DNA of 64,000 bases from Amoebophrya sp. A120 (lineage: Eukaryota; Protista; Dinoflagellata): NCBI GenBank assembly GCA_905178155.1, contig CAJINV010000008.1:3745420-3809419 (forward strand). The letters run 5' to 3'. The notes under the pieces were generated by a model. That model had not been told where the DNA came from and did not search any database. It saw nothing but the letters and a program-made list of their open reading frames with translations. Shown here piece after piece: positions 1 to 12,500 of the stretch (position 1 is its first letter; the number at the start of each line of letters is the position of its first letter). A program made the position numbers and the translations under genes.

Positions 1-186
1 CCTGCAGGACCCCCCTATTTCTTGCGAAAAATAATTATTTCAGAATTGGCCATTTTTTGCGGTGAGTATTGGTATAATTACCCCCATAACAAGCCCTACC
101 CCAGACTACCAACATGTAAGAAAAATTTAGAGGGTCAATATTCATCAAGACAAAGCCGGGTGGCTTCTGTTTGGTGCGTGAAGAGA

Positions 187-3100
187 ATGTCCTCACGCCC
201 AACTTATAGGGCGCAACAAGACGAAATCGGTTCCTTGGACGACCTAGACCAGCTAGAGCGTAGCGTCGCAGCGCAGCTGAGCAACCTCGGGCTCAACGAT
301 GCCAGCGCGCTGCTCAGTGAAGCTGACAAGGCGCTGCTCAAGAGCTTGGACCACAGCGCGGAGGCTGCGGCACGAGGACCAGCACATGTTGGAGGTCCAG
401 ACGACGAACTGCACGGTTTGTTGCAAACGGACGACGCCGACCTCGCAGCCCAAGTCGCAGCGCTGAGCGACGAGGAGAACGAGCTGGAAAGGGAACTGCT
501 TGCAGAGATCAATGACGGCAAGGACGAGGTTACTGGTTGTACTGGGCGGGAGATGAACAGCACCAGTGATCATGGGCAGCCAACATCTACTTCGCTACAA
601 CAACGTGCCCCGAGCCCGACGCCGAGCGGGAGCGCCGTCGGCGAGAATATTAAGCAGAGGAACAAGCTCCGCACGACCGAGGGGGAAAAGTTTTCCCAAG
701 ATGTTCTTGCTGGTGAGAATAACAAATCAAGATCTTCTGCTACGCCGTCGAGTAAGAAAGGTGAACGACTGCTCCCGCAAGAAAGCTCCGCCGATGCGGA
801 TCACGACCAGGCTCTGCAGGAGTTACTTGCCGGTGACGACGATGACGACGCCTACGGGGAATTCAGTTTCGCAGAGGTCGAGATGCACGCGTGTTGCGAC
901 AATCTGGAAAGCTTCGACGTGCTCCATTGGTGGCTGGCAGAGCTGAGGAGGAGAAAAGATAAAGAAATAAAGCAAGGAGGAACTTCTACTACAACTAGCT
1001 TTCCTTACGCGCACCTGCTGGACCGGGAGATGCAGGCGCAGGAGATCGAACAGACTGAGCAAAAAATCGCCAGTCTCACTTTTGAGATCCAAAACGGCCT
1101 TCTGCTGAAAGACGACTACGCTGAAAAAGTGAAAAAGGCGATGCAGAAGGACGAGAAGTTGCGAGTCTGGTTTGCCGAACACAACCGAGAAACTGACGCT
1201 GCGATCTGCGCCGAGAGGATCCGGATCGCGAAAGCCGAGTTTGAAGCTGCGGAGCCCGTTGAGCTAGAGGTCCTGCAGAAATTCGAGGCGGAACTCAACC
1301 AGCGCATTCTCGGCTACAAACAGGGCGCCTTTCGCTGGGTCAAGTTTTGCAAGGCATACTGTCAACACGCAGCGCCTTCGACGTCGGTTACTGCTGGCGC
1401 TTCGACGGGGGGCGTCGTGGGGGCCACCAGTAGCAGTCGGATCAACATATCACCAGTAGTGGTGCAAGATGGGTCGTCGTGCGGTGCAAGAACACCTGCG
1501 GGAGCTGCAGCAGCAGCACCACAAGAAGCACGGGCGGTGTACATGAGACACGCAAAGTGGTTGGCGGAGCAAGTGAAAATTTTAGAGGGGTACAGAGACG
1601 AGATCGCGGTCGTTACGGCAGCAGCACAAAAGGGTGGCGCTGGCGCGATAGGTGAAATTGTCCTCGATGAACAAGCAGGCGGCGCGGAGCAGGAAAAAGA
1701 CGACGAGCCTCCCTGTTGTATAGGCCGACGGCAGCTGGAAGACATGCGGAAAAGCCTGCCGCCGACGTTCAACAAGTCTATTCTCATGTACGGGTTGAAA
1801 GGACAGCACGACCAGCATTCGCGGCGGGTGGGGCGTTCTGTTCGTGATGTGCAGGAACTGCAGGCAGAGCCTGTTCCTGCCAGTAAATCTACACGGCCAG
1901 CAACACAGCAGTCATCTTCATCTACCTCTAGCTGTAAAAGAAGTTCTTGTTCGTCTATGGAGGTGCAGCGTCGCGGCGTCGCTTTCTACTGGCGAGACAA
2001 GTTCCGAGAGCAAGAGGAGTTGTTTCGGCAACTTTCCCGAGAAGCTCTCGTTACGGCGAACACGCTCAGTGCCAATTTGCAGCAGTTGGCGAAATTTGAA
2101 TCCAGCAAGGGGGCTTTGTTGTCGGGCGGGGGTCTGACAAACAGACAGAGTGCAGCAGCTCCGGGTGGGGGCGCTGTTCTTGGTGGTCGTGTATCTTCTT
2201 CGGGAGCTGCTGGCATGCCGATTAGCGGGGCCGCTGCAACTTCTACGACAGCTTCTACTTCATCGAGCAATAATCACGTGCTTTCGCAGCAGGAAATCCT
2301 CCTCGACCAGCGGCAGAAGCTGGATCGGCTGAAGCGCGAGGCGGTGCTGTTGCACCAAAAGCGAAAGGAGTTTGCGCAGACGGCTTTGTGGTTCGAAAAA
2401 GCAGCGGAGGATGACGAGCAAGTTGTGATTGATCCAGATGATAGTGGTGCAGCTGCTGTCGTGTCAGACGAAGAAGATCATGACGACGGCGAAATTGTGC
2501 CTTCCACATCGCGACCAATTTTGATAGAAGAAGAGGCAAATGAAAAAGAAAGTTCGTCATCTGTACTAGACATCAAGAAGGCGACATCCAAGTCGAAAGA
2601 TCGACATTCTGCCGCATCACGAATGGGCCCCGTGAGCCTCTCGTCAACGTCGTCGGGAGGTGGAAATGCAACAGGACCACGTCCCCGAGAAGAGCGGAAA
2701 CCTGCATCACCGCGACAGCCACAAACACCGACAAAGATGACAGTACCGTCTTTCCTGCAAGTTTCTACCCTGGCGCACGAGAAGGAAAAAATCAACGCTG
2801 ACATCGAACCCGACCACTTGGAAATTACGCTTTCGCACGACGGTATCAAATGTAAAAATGTCTGGGTCTGGAAGCTTGTGATGCTGGGTGGCGTATCATG
2901 AACAGGCCACAAGTGCTGGCTCAGCATGAAAATAAGCTTTTGAGCTTCTAGGTGTTGCCTATTCTGCATGACAAACTACGTTTGTAAGACTAACCCGTCA
3001 AGGCCACACCGAAATTCCACCTTGCTCGCGGGCTTGGATGGTAAGGGGGTTCTGCCACACATAGCGCCCACTGGCCGTAAATGCGCGTAAGAAATCGATA

Positions 3101-5504
3101 GCGGTTCTGCGGTTGCGGTCGGGTGATAGTTAGGAACTGGATCGGGTATCCACCTAGGGGTATCGGCAGAGGCTAAATCTGTTCTAACGCCCAGGTATTG
3201 GCAGAGGCTAAATCTGTTCTAACGCCAACCCGCCAGGAGTCAAATGGTTACTACTACTACTACTACTTGCATGACAGTAAAATGGGGCTCTTGGGAAACG
3301 TGCATGACAGATTTAAGAGTCATGCCAGACTAGCACGACAGAGCTCGCATTCTTCCAGACCCAGACATTTTTACAGTTGATAGACGGCAAGTCCCGGCCG
3401 TGGTGGGACTGGGAAACGGCCTATTTCAAGCTCGACTTCGGCCTCGGCAAGGAGGACACGGACCAGCGGATTTTGAAGATGGAAGGCAAAACCAACCACT
3501 GGAAGGCCTCGTTTCCGTTCCCAGATTTCGGCCACAAAATTTCTTCATCTTCGACGGCGGCAGCTTCAACAAGTCGTGTGGGCGAAACCAAAGCATCCGC
3601 TGGTGGTGGCGCTTCGTCCTCGAGAAGTAGAGCGATGAACATCGCAAATAGTAAAAACGCGACTCTTGGTAATTCTGCGGTTCCTTCGAGTAAGTTCCAG
3701 CCAGGCGGAAGGTCCTTGACGCAGATGAAAAGTAGCGGCACAAGAACCGCAGGTCCGGCAGGTGGCGGTGCGACAACTGCTGGAACAACGACAGGAGGAA
3801 CAACAGATCAAGATCGTCCACAACATTCCCAAAACTACAGTATCCACTTGCAGCACAAGATTAAGCGCGCCCGCTTCAGCTTCGAGATCTGGCGGCCGCG
3901 GACCCTCGCCTTCGTGATGGGCCACCGCCCGATCGGCCACTGCACGAAGGGACTGAAGCTGTCCAACCTGTTGACGGAATTGGAGACACCAGTTGAGTTC
4001 TGCGTCGTGTCCGCGGAGGCAGACGATCGCACAACCAGCATGAACTTCCGCGTGCAGTTCCGCGTGCGGAGCCCGTTGCAATGCATGAAGTTGGTCGAAG
4101 AAAAAGTGGACTTCTACCACGTAGGCACCAGCTGCTCGTCCGGCGCGGCTTTGTCTTGTTCAGCAGGAGGGGGTGGGGGGAGTTCTATGTTCCACATGAA
4201 ATTGTTCCCCCCCAGTCTGAAGGAGTTCCCTCCACCCATGAACATTAGCGTCGGGGCGGTTCCCGTGGGCAGCAGGTCAAGTAGTAGCTCAATCGCAGCG
4301 ATGAAAACCGCGGCGGTGGTTGGGAACACCAGTGAAGATTTGGACGAAAGCATCGTCGTTGTCAAGGAGCGCAGGAGGACATCGAGCATTGAAAATGTTA
4401 ATATCCCAGAGGTGGACCACCAGCAGTTTGAAGATCTTCGAGGTTGTGCTGCTGGCCCTGCTGCAGCAGTTGGAACAGGTGGGGGGCCTTCATCTCGTGC
4501 TCCTACAATTTCTACAAGCGACAAAAGTTGTACTAGAACTTCTCCGCATGTAGAAGACGACGTACGGAAATCTCACCCGCAAGGAGGTGTTGGCGGTGTT
4601 GGTGCTAGTAGTGGTGTTGACGACCAGCAATCCACTGCGGCATCCAGTACATCCTCGAAAGAAATAGCGACAGCGCCAGGAGGAGAACATCTACAGCACG
4701 ATGTCGATCCAGCGAAGGAGAAAACCACAACTGGCGATCAACGCGACGTCGAAAGAACCTCTTCTACAAGTGCGGCGGATGTCATCGTAAACAAGCCCCT
4801 AGTGTACCCCTTGCCGCCGCTGCCACTGGCAAACAAAGCCGCGTTTGAGAGATTGGTAACAGAAAACGGGAATTACAGCCGTTTCTGGTCCGCACAGTGG
4901 TGCAATACGGTGGAAGGCTTGGACTTCATGATCACACTCGGCAGCAGCTCTTCCGGCGGTATTGGTAGTTCATCTTTGCCACAGCCTTTGTTGACTCAAA
5001 TCCGGAACGACAAGCCGGTGTACGAGCAGAAAAAACACAGGCTGGAGCAAGCGATTACAAACGCAGAGGTGGACTTTGACGACTACCTGTCGCAGGTAAA
5101 ACAGGACATGCAGACGGACGCGCGGCTGGCCATGTTCTACCGTGACGAAAAAAACGACGCGGTGGCCTGCAAAATCGTGGTATCTACTGCAAATATGTAC
5201 TGGAGTCTGGGAGGTTGTCTTGAAGCATGCATCGAGATTGGTGTCGCACATCACAATCACTACAAACGGAACTCGCCGTGCCAGATATGCCTTGCGCAGT
5301 CACTCGCACCGTAATTTTTTTTGCATAAATTACGTGCGGCGCTGCGTTTTGGAAATTTTGATTTTCCAAGAACTTTACATGAGCATGACAAATGACAGCT
5401 GCTGTAATAGGCTCCTCCAGGCCCAGATCGATGTTTGCAGTTGATAAGTGTTTGACCGCCACAAATGTCTCAAGCAGGCGCTTGCAAATGCGGAAGAGGA
5501 GTAG
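187..5504 (+). CDS. CC2D1/Lgd-like coiled-coil and C2-domain protein (3 exons: ~187-2843, 3388-5179, 5451-5504)
   Basis: ORFs 22-2901 and 3377-5314 join in frame once the 2844-3382 element plus one TSD is removed. The C2-like segment 'KINADIEPDHLEITL...IKRARFSFEIWRPR...LKLSNLLTELE...FRVQFRVRSPL' and the helical C-terminus 'DDYLSQVKQDMQTDARLAMFYRDEKND-AVACKIVFDRHKCLKQAL' resemble CC2D1A/Lgd (recognised by eye). ATG at 187 is assumed to be the start. Confidence 0.65.
2844..3382. mobile_element. TIR introner (family A, subfamily 1) carrying a nested insertion
   Basis: TIR TATCAAATGTAAAAATGTCTGGGTCTGGAAG / CTTCCAGACCCAGACATTTTTACAGTTGATA; TSD GACGG at 2839-2843 and 3383-3387; homologous to the reverse complement of 11675-11930. 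Confidence 0.92.
2984..3266 (+). mobile_element. ~283-bp retroposon-like insertion (SINE or 5'-truncated LINE) with (TAC)6 tail
   Basis: Absent from the paralogous introner 11675-11930 (539 vs 256 bp); ends in (TAC)6 at 3249-3266; contains a 35-bp tandem duplication at 3159-3226. Confidence 0.6.
5181..5446. mobile_element. Degenerate TIR introner
   Basis: Left TATCTACTGCAAATATG...CTGGGAGG vs right reverse complement TATCAACTGCAAACATCG...CTGGAGG; flanks CGTGG/AGTGT; removing 271 nt gives the plausible C-terminus KIV(F/V)DRHKCLKQALANAEEE*. Confidence 0.7.
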
Positions 5505-6438
5505 TAGCGAGGAGAAGTTAAGACTGAGCTGAATCGGAGGCAGACATAGAAGATTTCGCCAAAGTATTCACGAGGCTACGCAGCTAGAAGAGCTAGGCTT
5601 CGCTGTGACATTTGAAGTCCGCGACCGCAAAAACAGACTGTAGGACACTTTCCATGTCTAAAGACGACTCTGTACTGTATGTCAGTAAGTACTCATACAT
5701 AATTTCCCGCCGTGAATCAAAGAACTAGAGAAGCACAAGAAGCGACACAATTGATTGACATCATCCCAGATGTTAGAGACGACAGATATGAAGATAAACA
5801 AAGTTTTTTATCGCGATCAAAATAGTGATCACAGCCGTGCGTGGGAACGGAGATGAGCTACTACTTCAGTGTAGTACTTCATCTTCAGATTTTGGGATCA
5901 GGGACGACGTAGTGACCCGTTGTTCTTACAAAGACAATGCAGCAAGACCTTTATCGTATGTCGTTGTCGGTCGTCACCTCTGGTTCTCTGGTGCGCAATA
6001 ATAACGTAATATGAGGATTATCGTGGGCCGGGGCGAAGCGGACGCCATCGGGATTGGGGTGTGGACAGCTAATTCATTGATCGTGAGGATCTGCTGTAGC
6101 TTTCCGTACTAGAATAGATTGATTACTCGTCGTTTGAGTTTAGCTCTTAGTCTTAGTCGTACACGCAAACGCAATCCAAGTCTTCGTATCGCAGGAGGCT
6201 GGTGCATTCAAATTTTGACTCCATAGGTGACTTCCTTACGCCGGTGGCAGGCTCTTGTGTCCTCAGGTGTTTCCTTGCTACTTTTCCGGATCGAGCCTAT
6301 TGTTTTTCGAAAAAAAGGAGAAATCAAGATCATCATCATCAAGATATAACTGATTCCAAAATGAAAACGAAAGCCGGCGACGTCGAGTAGAACAAGAACG
6401 GCCGCCGGGACGAGCTGCTAGCTCCACGACCTGCAGCA

Positions 6439-7629
6439 ATGTCGGATGTTGGACATCAAACTACGTCTAAAACTGGCGCAGGTGCATTCTTGCAGCCCAC
6501 AGCACTGCAAGTAGAAGTCGCAGGAGGGGAGAAACATGCAGCTGCTCGTCGCGGCCCCTTTTTGTCGCCGGCGACACCTGCTGTATCTTGTTCGCCACCA
6601 TCTTCGCAACTACCGGCGCGTCGGAAGAGATTACTGATTTTCACCTGGGAACAGAGCTTGCACCACGCTCCAGAAGACTTCTTCTGGACCTTCGTGCCGC
6701 AGTATCCAAGAAAAAAACATTGTAGGTGTAACTTTTTTGGAGGAACAGCATTACAAATCTGTCTGGCATGGCAGCAGAAACCTGTCATGCGCAGATAGTA
6801 CGTGAAAACTCCCTTTAATGGACCCTGCAATGCATGCCAGGCATGACAGACGCAATCATCTTGCATGTTGCGCATCACAAATTTACACTAACAGCGTTTT
6901 TTTCTTGCATACGCAGTACACAAAGGACGAAGCGTTGTCAGTGCACCGGATTCACCACGTGCTCGCCCGCCCGCTGTTGATGCCCCGAGAGTTTCGTCTA
7001 CGAAGACCAACTATCAAAAGCAAAAATGTCTGGGTCTGGAAGAGTCATGCTGTTTTTGCATGACGCAGAAGGTCTGGCATGGAAGCTCTAGCGTCACAGG
7101 TAATATCGAGAAGCAAGCTTCCGCAATGCCGAATCCGCATGACAAATTCCCCATTTTGGTGACAGAAAGTGGGGAGCTTTTGCTACCTATGCATGAGAGA
7201 TCTTTCTGTGTTCTGAAATGCGCATCACAAGTTTGTATTCTTCCAGACCGGGCATTTTTGCATTTGATACCAACCGAAGATGAACACAGCACCATCGTCG
7301 CCATGCGGAAAGTGTATACGCGCGCGGTGCAAGCGAAGATGCATTTGGAAGACCTTGCGCAAGAAGAAGCATCGGGATCAAGTGGCCGTTGTACTAGCGC
7401 AACAGACACCCCAGCCGTTCCTGGTTCTGGACGTCAAGATCGTCCTAGAAGTTTTTATCTCCCTGGCTGTCTCCGGTGCGCAGAGCCAACCGAGGGAATT
7501 TGCGAGACGTGCAAAAAGCCGAGCCGTCCGGTGTGCTACGAGTGTCAGAAGGAATGCAGAAGTTGCGGGGAAGTTGAGAAGCTAGAGGACGGGAGGTTCA
7601 AAAAATGCGGTGCGAAAGATGATCGCTGA
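6439..7629 (+). CDS. ~237-aa protein with C-terminal Cys-rich (zinc-finger-like) region; 3 exons (6439-6702, 6917-7011, 7275-7629)
   Basis: Three ORF pieces in different frames join as FVPQ|YTKDEA...RRPT|EDEH after removing two element+TSD units; CxxC repeats CLRC/CETC/CYEC/CRSC. Confidence 0.7.
6703..6911. mobile_element. TIR introner
   Basis: TATCCAAGAAAAAAACATTGTAGGTGTAA / TTACACTAACAGCGTTTTTTTCTTGCATA; TSD CGCAG at 6698-6702 and 6912-6916. Confidence 0.9.
7012..7269. mobile_element. TIR introner (family A, subfamily 2)
   Basis: TIR TATCAAAAGCAAAAATGTCTGGGTCTGGAAGA; TSD CCAAC at 7007-7011 and 7270-7274; near full-length similarity to 61385-61637. Confidence 0.92.
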
Positions 7630-9593
7630 ACAAATTACTACACAAGCAATTTCCACCCTCTAGTGCGCACACAACGTCGTGGAGGTAGAACGAGAAGTCT
7701 TGAGCTAGAACTTGATAAAAAGAGGAAGGCCTCCACTTGAGTATATCTTCGTGCTGCTGCTGTTGCATCACCATGCCCACGATGGAAATTGTGATCCCCT
7801 TCTATGCTGTTGCTGCTCTAACAAGCACGCAGACACATGCCTTATAATGGCATGTAATGAAATATTAATCTCGTCGTACTGAACAACGTCACATCTGTCA
7901 TCTTTTTATCGATGAGCCGTGCACATATATTGGACGACGTCTGCGTCGAGAGGGAATGAAAAAAAGCGCAGCGGCCGCAGATCATAATCATTCTGTCGTC
8001 CGTGTCGTGATTGTTTCACCTCAAAGGACGTGGAAACGATGTTCCTGTATTTTCGCATGCACGCGCTGTTTATTTGAACGGACGAAACGGATCTCTACGA
8101 GTGCGGAGCTAGCTGTATTTACAAGCGCGTCGGTTTTTTTTATTGCGATTATTATCCAACAGAAACAAAGTCAAAGTCAAACTGCTTGCTTTTGTCACCT
8201 TGTTCCGACTTTTAGTTTTGCAGACAAAAATCCAGTGGACTGACGAGTGCGATTATTGACGCGATGTGTTGTGGACAAGCATCAGATGGTTGAAGTATGA
8301 ACTTGAGGAGTTTTGCTGCGTGCTTGTGCTTCGAGTTTCATTATCTGAGAAGTTTTTTTCTGCTCATTTTCTGATGTGGTATATCCGCTGTTGGAACTTC
8401 TACACATAAAAATAAACCGATTATTCGTAAGCAGCGCAACGGCAACCTCACATTACCTTCCGAGAATGTGATGACTTTATTAATTTCACAACCACAACCA
8501 CAATCACAATGAATCACATCCATTACTTACTCCGCCCTCCATTACAGGTCTCTTCGTTTTTCTTTATCCCACCGTCGCTCAGCTTCGGCTTTTGTCTTCA
8601 CATTACGATTACACTTTGAACCAGCGCGCCCAAGCGGGCCGCGAGTTTGTGCGTACCTAATAACGTAAATACCAAGACGAGCGTTTTTTTTTCGATATTA
8701 CATGAAGATTGTAGTGCCGTGACGATCATCGGCATCGTATCGAAAATATCCAGAACAGCGCTTCTGTTACAACAGTTTTTGTTCCCGAAGATAAAATTTT
8801 CCTTTAAACGAAAGCGATCTCGATGCGTCGGTAACGTCGCTGGGTACCACTCCCTACAGCTTTTCGTAAATGCATGATAAATTAATTTGATCAACGATGA
8901 AATACATCAAAGTTCTTCGAGTTCATTGTCGATAAAAAGTAGTAAGTATATCGAGGCGTCATTTTTGCCGTAACACGGTTCCTGTACCTGTTTCAGTTTT
9001 CTTTATCTCCATACCGCATAAGTAGTAAAAAAGACCTCGGAATAAAACTAACAGTATTATGGTAGGTACATGAGGTGTGCCTGTGCGCCAGAACGAGTAA
9101 TCATGACGGAGAGTAGTAGCAATGGAAAATAAAGAAGTACATCAAGAAGTTCTCAATAAAAGTAGTAGTTGTAATCTTGAAGTTGTGTGTCTACCTTTTT
9201 CATACACATTTTGTCTTTGATAGTAGCAGTAATAAAAACAAGCATGACCACTTACATCTCATGAAGGTCACGCCTTATCAGAAGAATTTCTCAAAAATCC
9301 CAACAACAAAAAAATTATAGCAAGCAAGTTTTCAACATTCGGTATTTCGTTGCCACTCGCACTCTCTGGTATCAAGAAAATCCAAGAACATCCCTGTTGA
9401 CTTTCTAAAAGTCTAAAGAACCTCCCTATTCTCACCCTTCAAAATATACGACACCTGAAATCGGCATCCACCGTAGTTCTCCGCGCGCTGTCCCCAATTT
9501 TTACCTACGACTCTCTCGAAAAGAGTCCGTGACGACGCTCACCTGCGAAGAACCCGGATCAAGTTCGGCAAGAAGAAGGAACTACTGCAAGAA

Positions 9594-12500
9594 ATGGCTA
9601 TCACTGTGGAGCAATCTACTTCCAACAAGTCCGACGCCGGTGGCGTCGACAAGATGAAGCAGTTGCGCGGAGGAGCTGCAGCTCCTGCGGGTGCTGGAGC
9701 GGGTGGTACTGGGATTGAAAATACCCTGATCAACAAAACTTCTAATCCCACCACCTCCACCCGAGGCAACGCGGCCACCACGACGACCAGCAACATGATG
9801 GGTCCGGCGGAGCTGAGCAGCAACAAACTGAAGAAGTTTAAGCTGTACATCCCCTCGGTCTCGTTCATCGAACTCTGCTCCTGCTTCTTCATCGTCGGCT
9901 TGTATGGGAAGTTGCTCGTGTACTTTTTCCACGAGAAGGACGGCGTCGCGAGCTCCAGCCAGTGGCATTTGTTCCTGCACAACTCCCTAGCGGTGTTGGT
10001 GTACGGCTGCTTCTGGCGGTTTCTGCAACAGCGCTGGATGAAGTGGAAGGCGTATTGCGCGAAAAATCCGGAGACCGCCACGGTGCTCAAGTTTCTGCTC
10101 GGCGGGAACGTGGATCTGTTCTCGGGGATCAGTCGCAATGGCCGGAGTTCGACGTCGTCCCGTGGGACGATCATGTCGCAGGAGCAGGAAGGGCTGGAGG
10201 CGAACGACTCCGGGCGTATTTCTGCCGAAATGGGCAGTTCTGGCACGACCATGAAGGGCAAGCAGATGAATGACGAGAAGGAGATTAGTGGACTACTACA
10301 CCAACAAGCCAACATCCCGACCAACACCAATCTGAAGCTGCAGCATGACAAAAAACAGGGCTTTGCCTACGACCTGTCGTACGACGACACCGGCGCGGAC
10401 AGCACCGGGACGGGCGAAGACTCCAGCCCCTGCGCCGGCAATTCCCCCCCGTGGGACAAGAAGACCGGGTTTTTTGGCACCAAAACTGGCGGTGAAAATA
10501 ACCGCACGACCGAGGATTCGTCTCCGGATTTGAAGAAGAGGACCAACAGTGCTGACGGTAGTTGCAAGGATAATTCATCTTCCAAGATCACGAACAGCAC
10601 GACGACGAACAAGCCGGTTTTTCCGCTCGCGAAGCCTAGTTCGGACGACATCAAGCGTTTGGTGAATTTGTCAGAGATGACGTACGACACGGTGGTGGAC
10701 CCGGCCAGCGAAGGGATCCGCGTCGGGTGGGGGCACGCGCTGATCGTGTGTCTCTCCTACTGGTACCGGGCCTATTTCATGCACTGCACCGTGGAGCGCA
10801 TCTGCACCACGCACCTCTTTCGCGACAACGACCTGATCCACGCCTTCGTGTCCCCGCTGGCCGGCCGCTTGGTCGCGATGGTGGGCGAGCAGGTGTTCAT
10901 GTGGAACGCGGTCATCCCCTGCGTCTGCTGGGGCCCCTACAAACGGTTCAAGTACTACATGCTGTGCGGGCTGGTCGCGTTCGCGGAGCAGATCTCCAAC
11001 ATTGGAGTCATCAAGCGCCACTACGGCTTTTTCTTGCTCGAAAACTCCACCTGGACCATCGTCTTCACGGTCATCTTCTGGCAGATCTTCAAGAAGCGCT
11101 TCTTCATCTGCCGCTTGTCCTCGGCCCCGAAAGAGGTCGCGATCGCGGAGGAAGAGGAAGAAAAGTTGATGAAGAACCACGGTTATCCTGTGCAAAAGTA
11201 TCGTACTCGTAGTAATCGCGATCATGCATGACAAATATCCCTTTTATAGGTAAATCAGCATTACAAATTCCATTTCTCTTCTTGAAAAAACTTGTGATGC
11301 AATTTATACTAGTACGATACTTTTGCAATGCATAACGGTGCGTTCGAAGAAGATTTGACGTCGGCCGGGGACCTGCGCAAGCGTGGTTCCTCCGCTGCTG
11401 GTGGTATTTCCTCGTCCACGACCTCGTCCTCGTCTAAGCTGCCCAAGGCGGGGGCCTATGAACTGCAAAAGTATCGTACTCGTATAAATGCATTAATACA
11501 ACTTTTTTCAGCATGGCAAATAAAATTTGTAATGCTGATTTGCCTTGGCAAAGAAATTTGTAATGCAAGACCTGCATTTATACGAGTACGATACTTTTGC
11601 ACAGCATAGGGCAATGCTGCAGGCGAAGAAACTGGCCGAGAACCTCCGCACCAAGATCGTGAACTTCCGCAAGCTATCAAATGCAAAAATGTCTGGGTCT
11701 GGAAGAATGCATGTTTGTAATGCTTGTCTGGCATGAGTCTTAAATCTGTCATGCACGTTACCCAAGAGCCCCGCTTTTCTGTCATGCAGAGACGCAGTTT
11801 GTCATGCAGAACAGGCAACACCTAGGTAGAAGCTCCGAGACTTGTCATGCGGAGCCAGCACTTGTGGCCTCTTCATGATACGCCGCCCAGCATGACAAGT
11901 TTCCAGACCCAGACATACTTGCAATGCATACAAGCCGCGCACGCTGCGCATGCTGGTCTTGACCCGGTTCGTCGCGTTGCTGGCGGTGGGTCTGTTCATC
12001 GGGTACGAGCTGTACTTCGACCTGCCCATGTACTACTCGCTCTGGGACTCCACCTACCTGAAGCAGGACTACGACCTGCAGTTCTACCCGCAGGGGCTGA
12101 AGCACTCGCTGCAGTGCCACACCATGGTGGAGAACACCTCCAACGAGCACTGGCGCCCGGTGATGCTCTGGCAGGCGGCCAACTACACCATGGTTCCGCT
12201 GGCCATGGTGCTGCTGTCCTCCCTGACCTACGACCGCAAGCGGGTCTTCATGGGCCTGGACCGCCGCGTCTTTTTCGACGTGTCGGAGAAGATAGGAAAG
12301 TGCACAATTCCCCTGCTTCCCTCTTCTTTGTAAATGTTGTACTTATCTATGCACCACGGAAAAAATAGAAGTGTAACTGTTCGTGTAGAAGTGTCGCGGC
12401 CAAGATCAAGAATTCGGGTTATGTTGCAGGAGCTGGATTTTAGAACTAGAAGTGTTATGTCTATCATCCAGGCCGCCGCTGCTGGACCAGGTCATGTAAG

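Noticed and set aside
8-140. Weak inverted repeat at the window start (GACCCCCCTATTTCTT / AAGAAAAATTTAGAGGGTC)
   Set aside because: It may be a 5' UTR introner, but the left end and TSD lie at or beyond the window edge.
2995-3052. HDV-like ribozyme resemblance (TCCACCT..TCGCGG..GGATGGTAAGGG)
   Set aside because: There is no P4 stem and no catalytic C in J4/2, and P1/P3 are mismatched.
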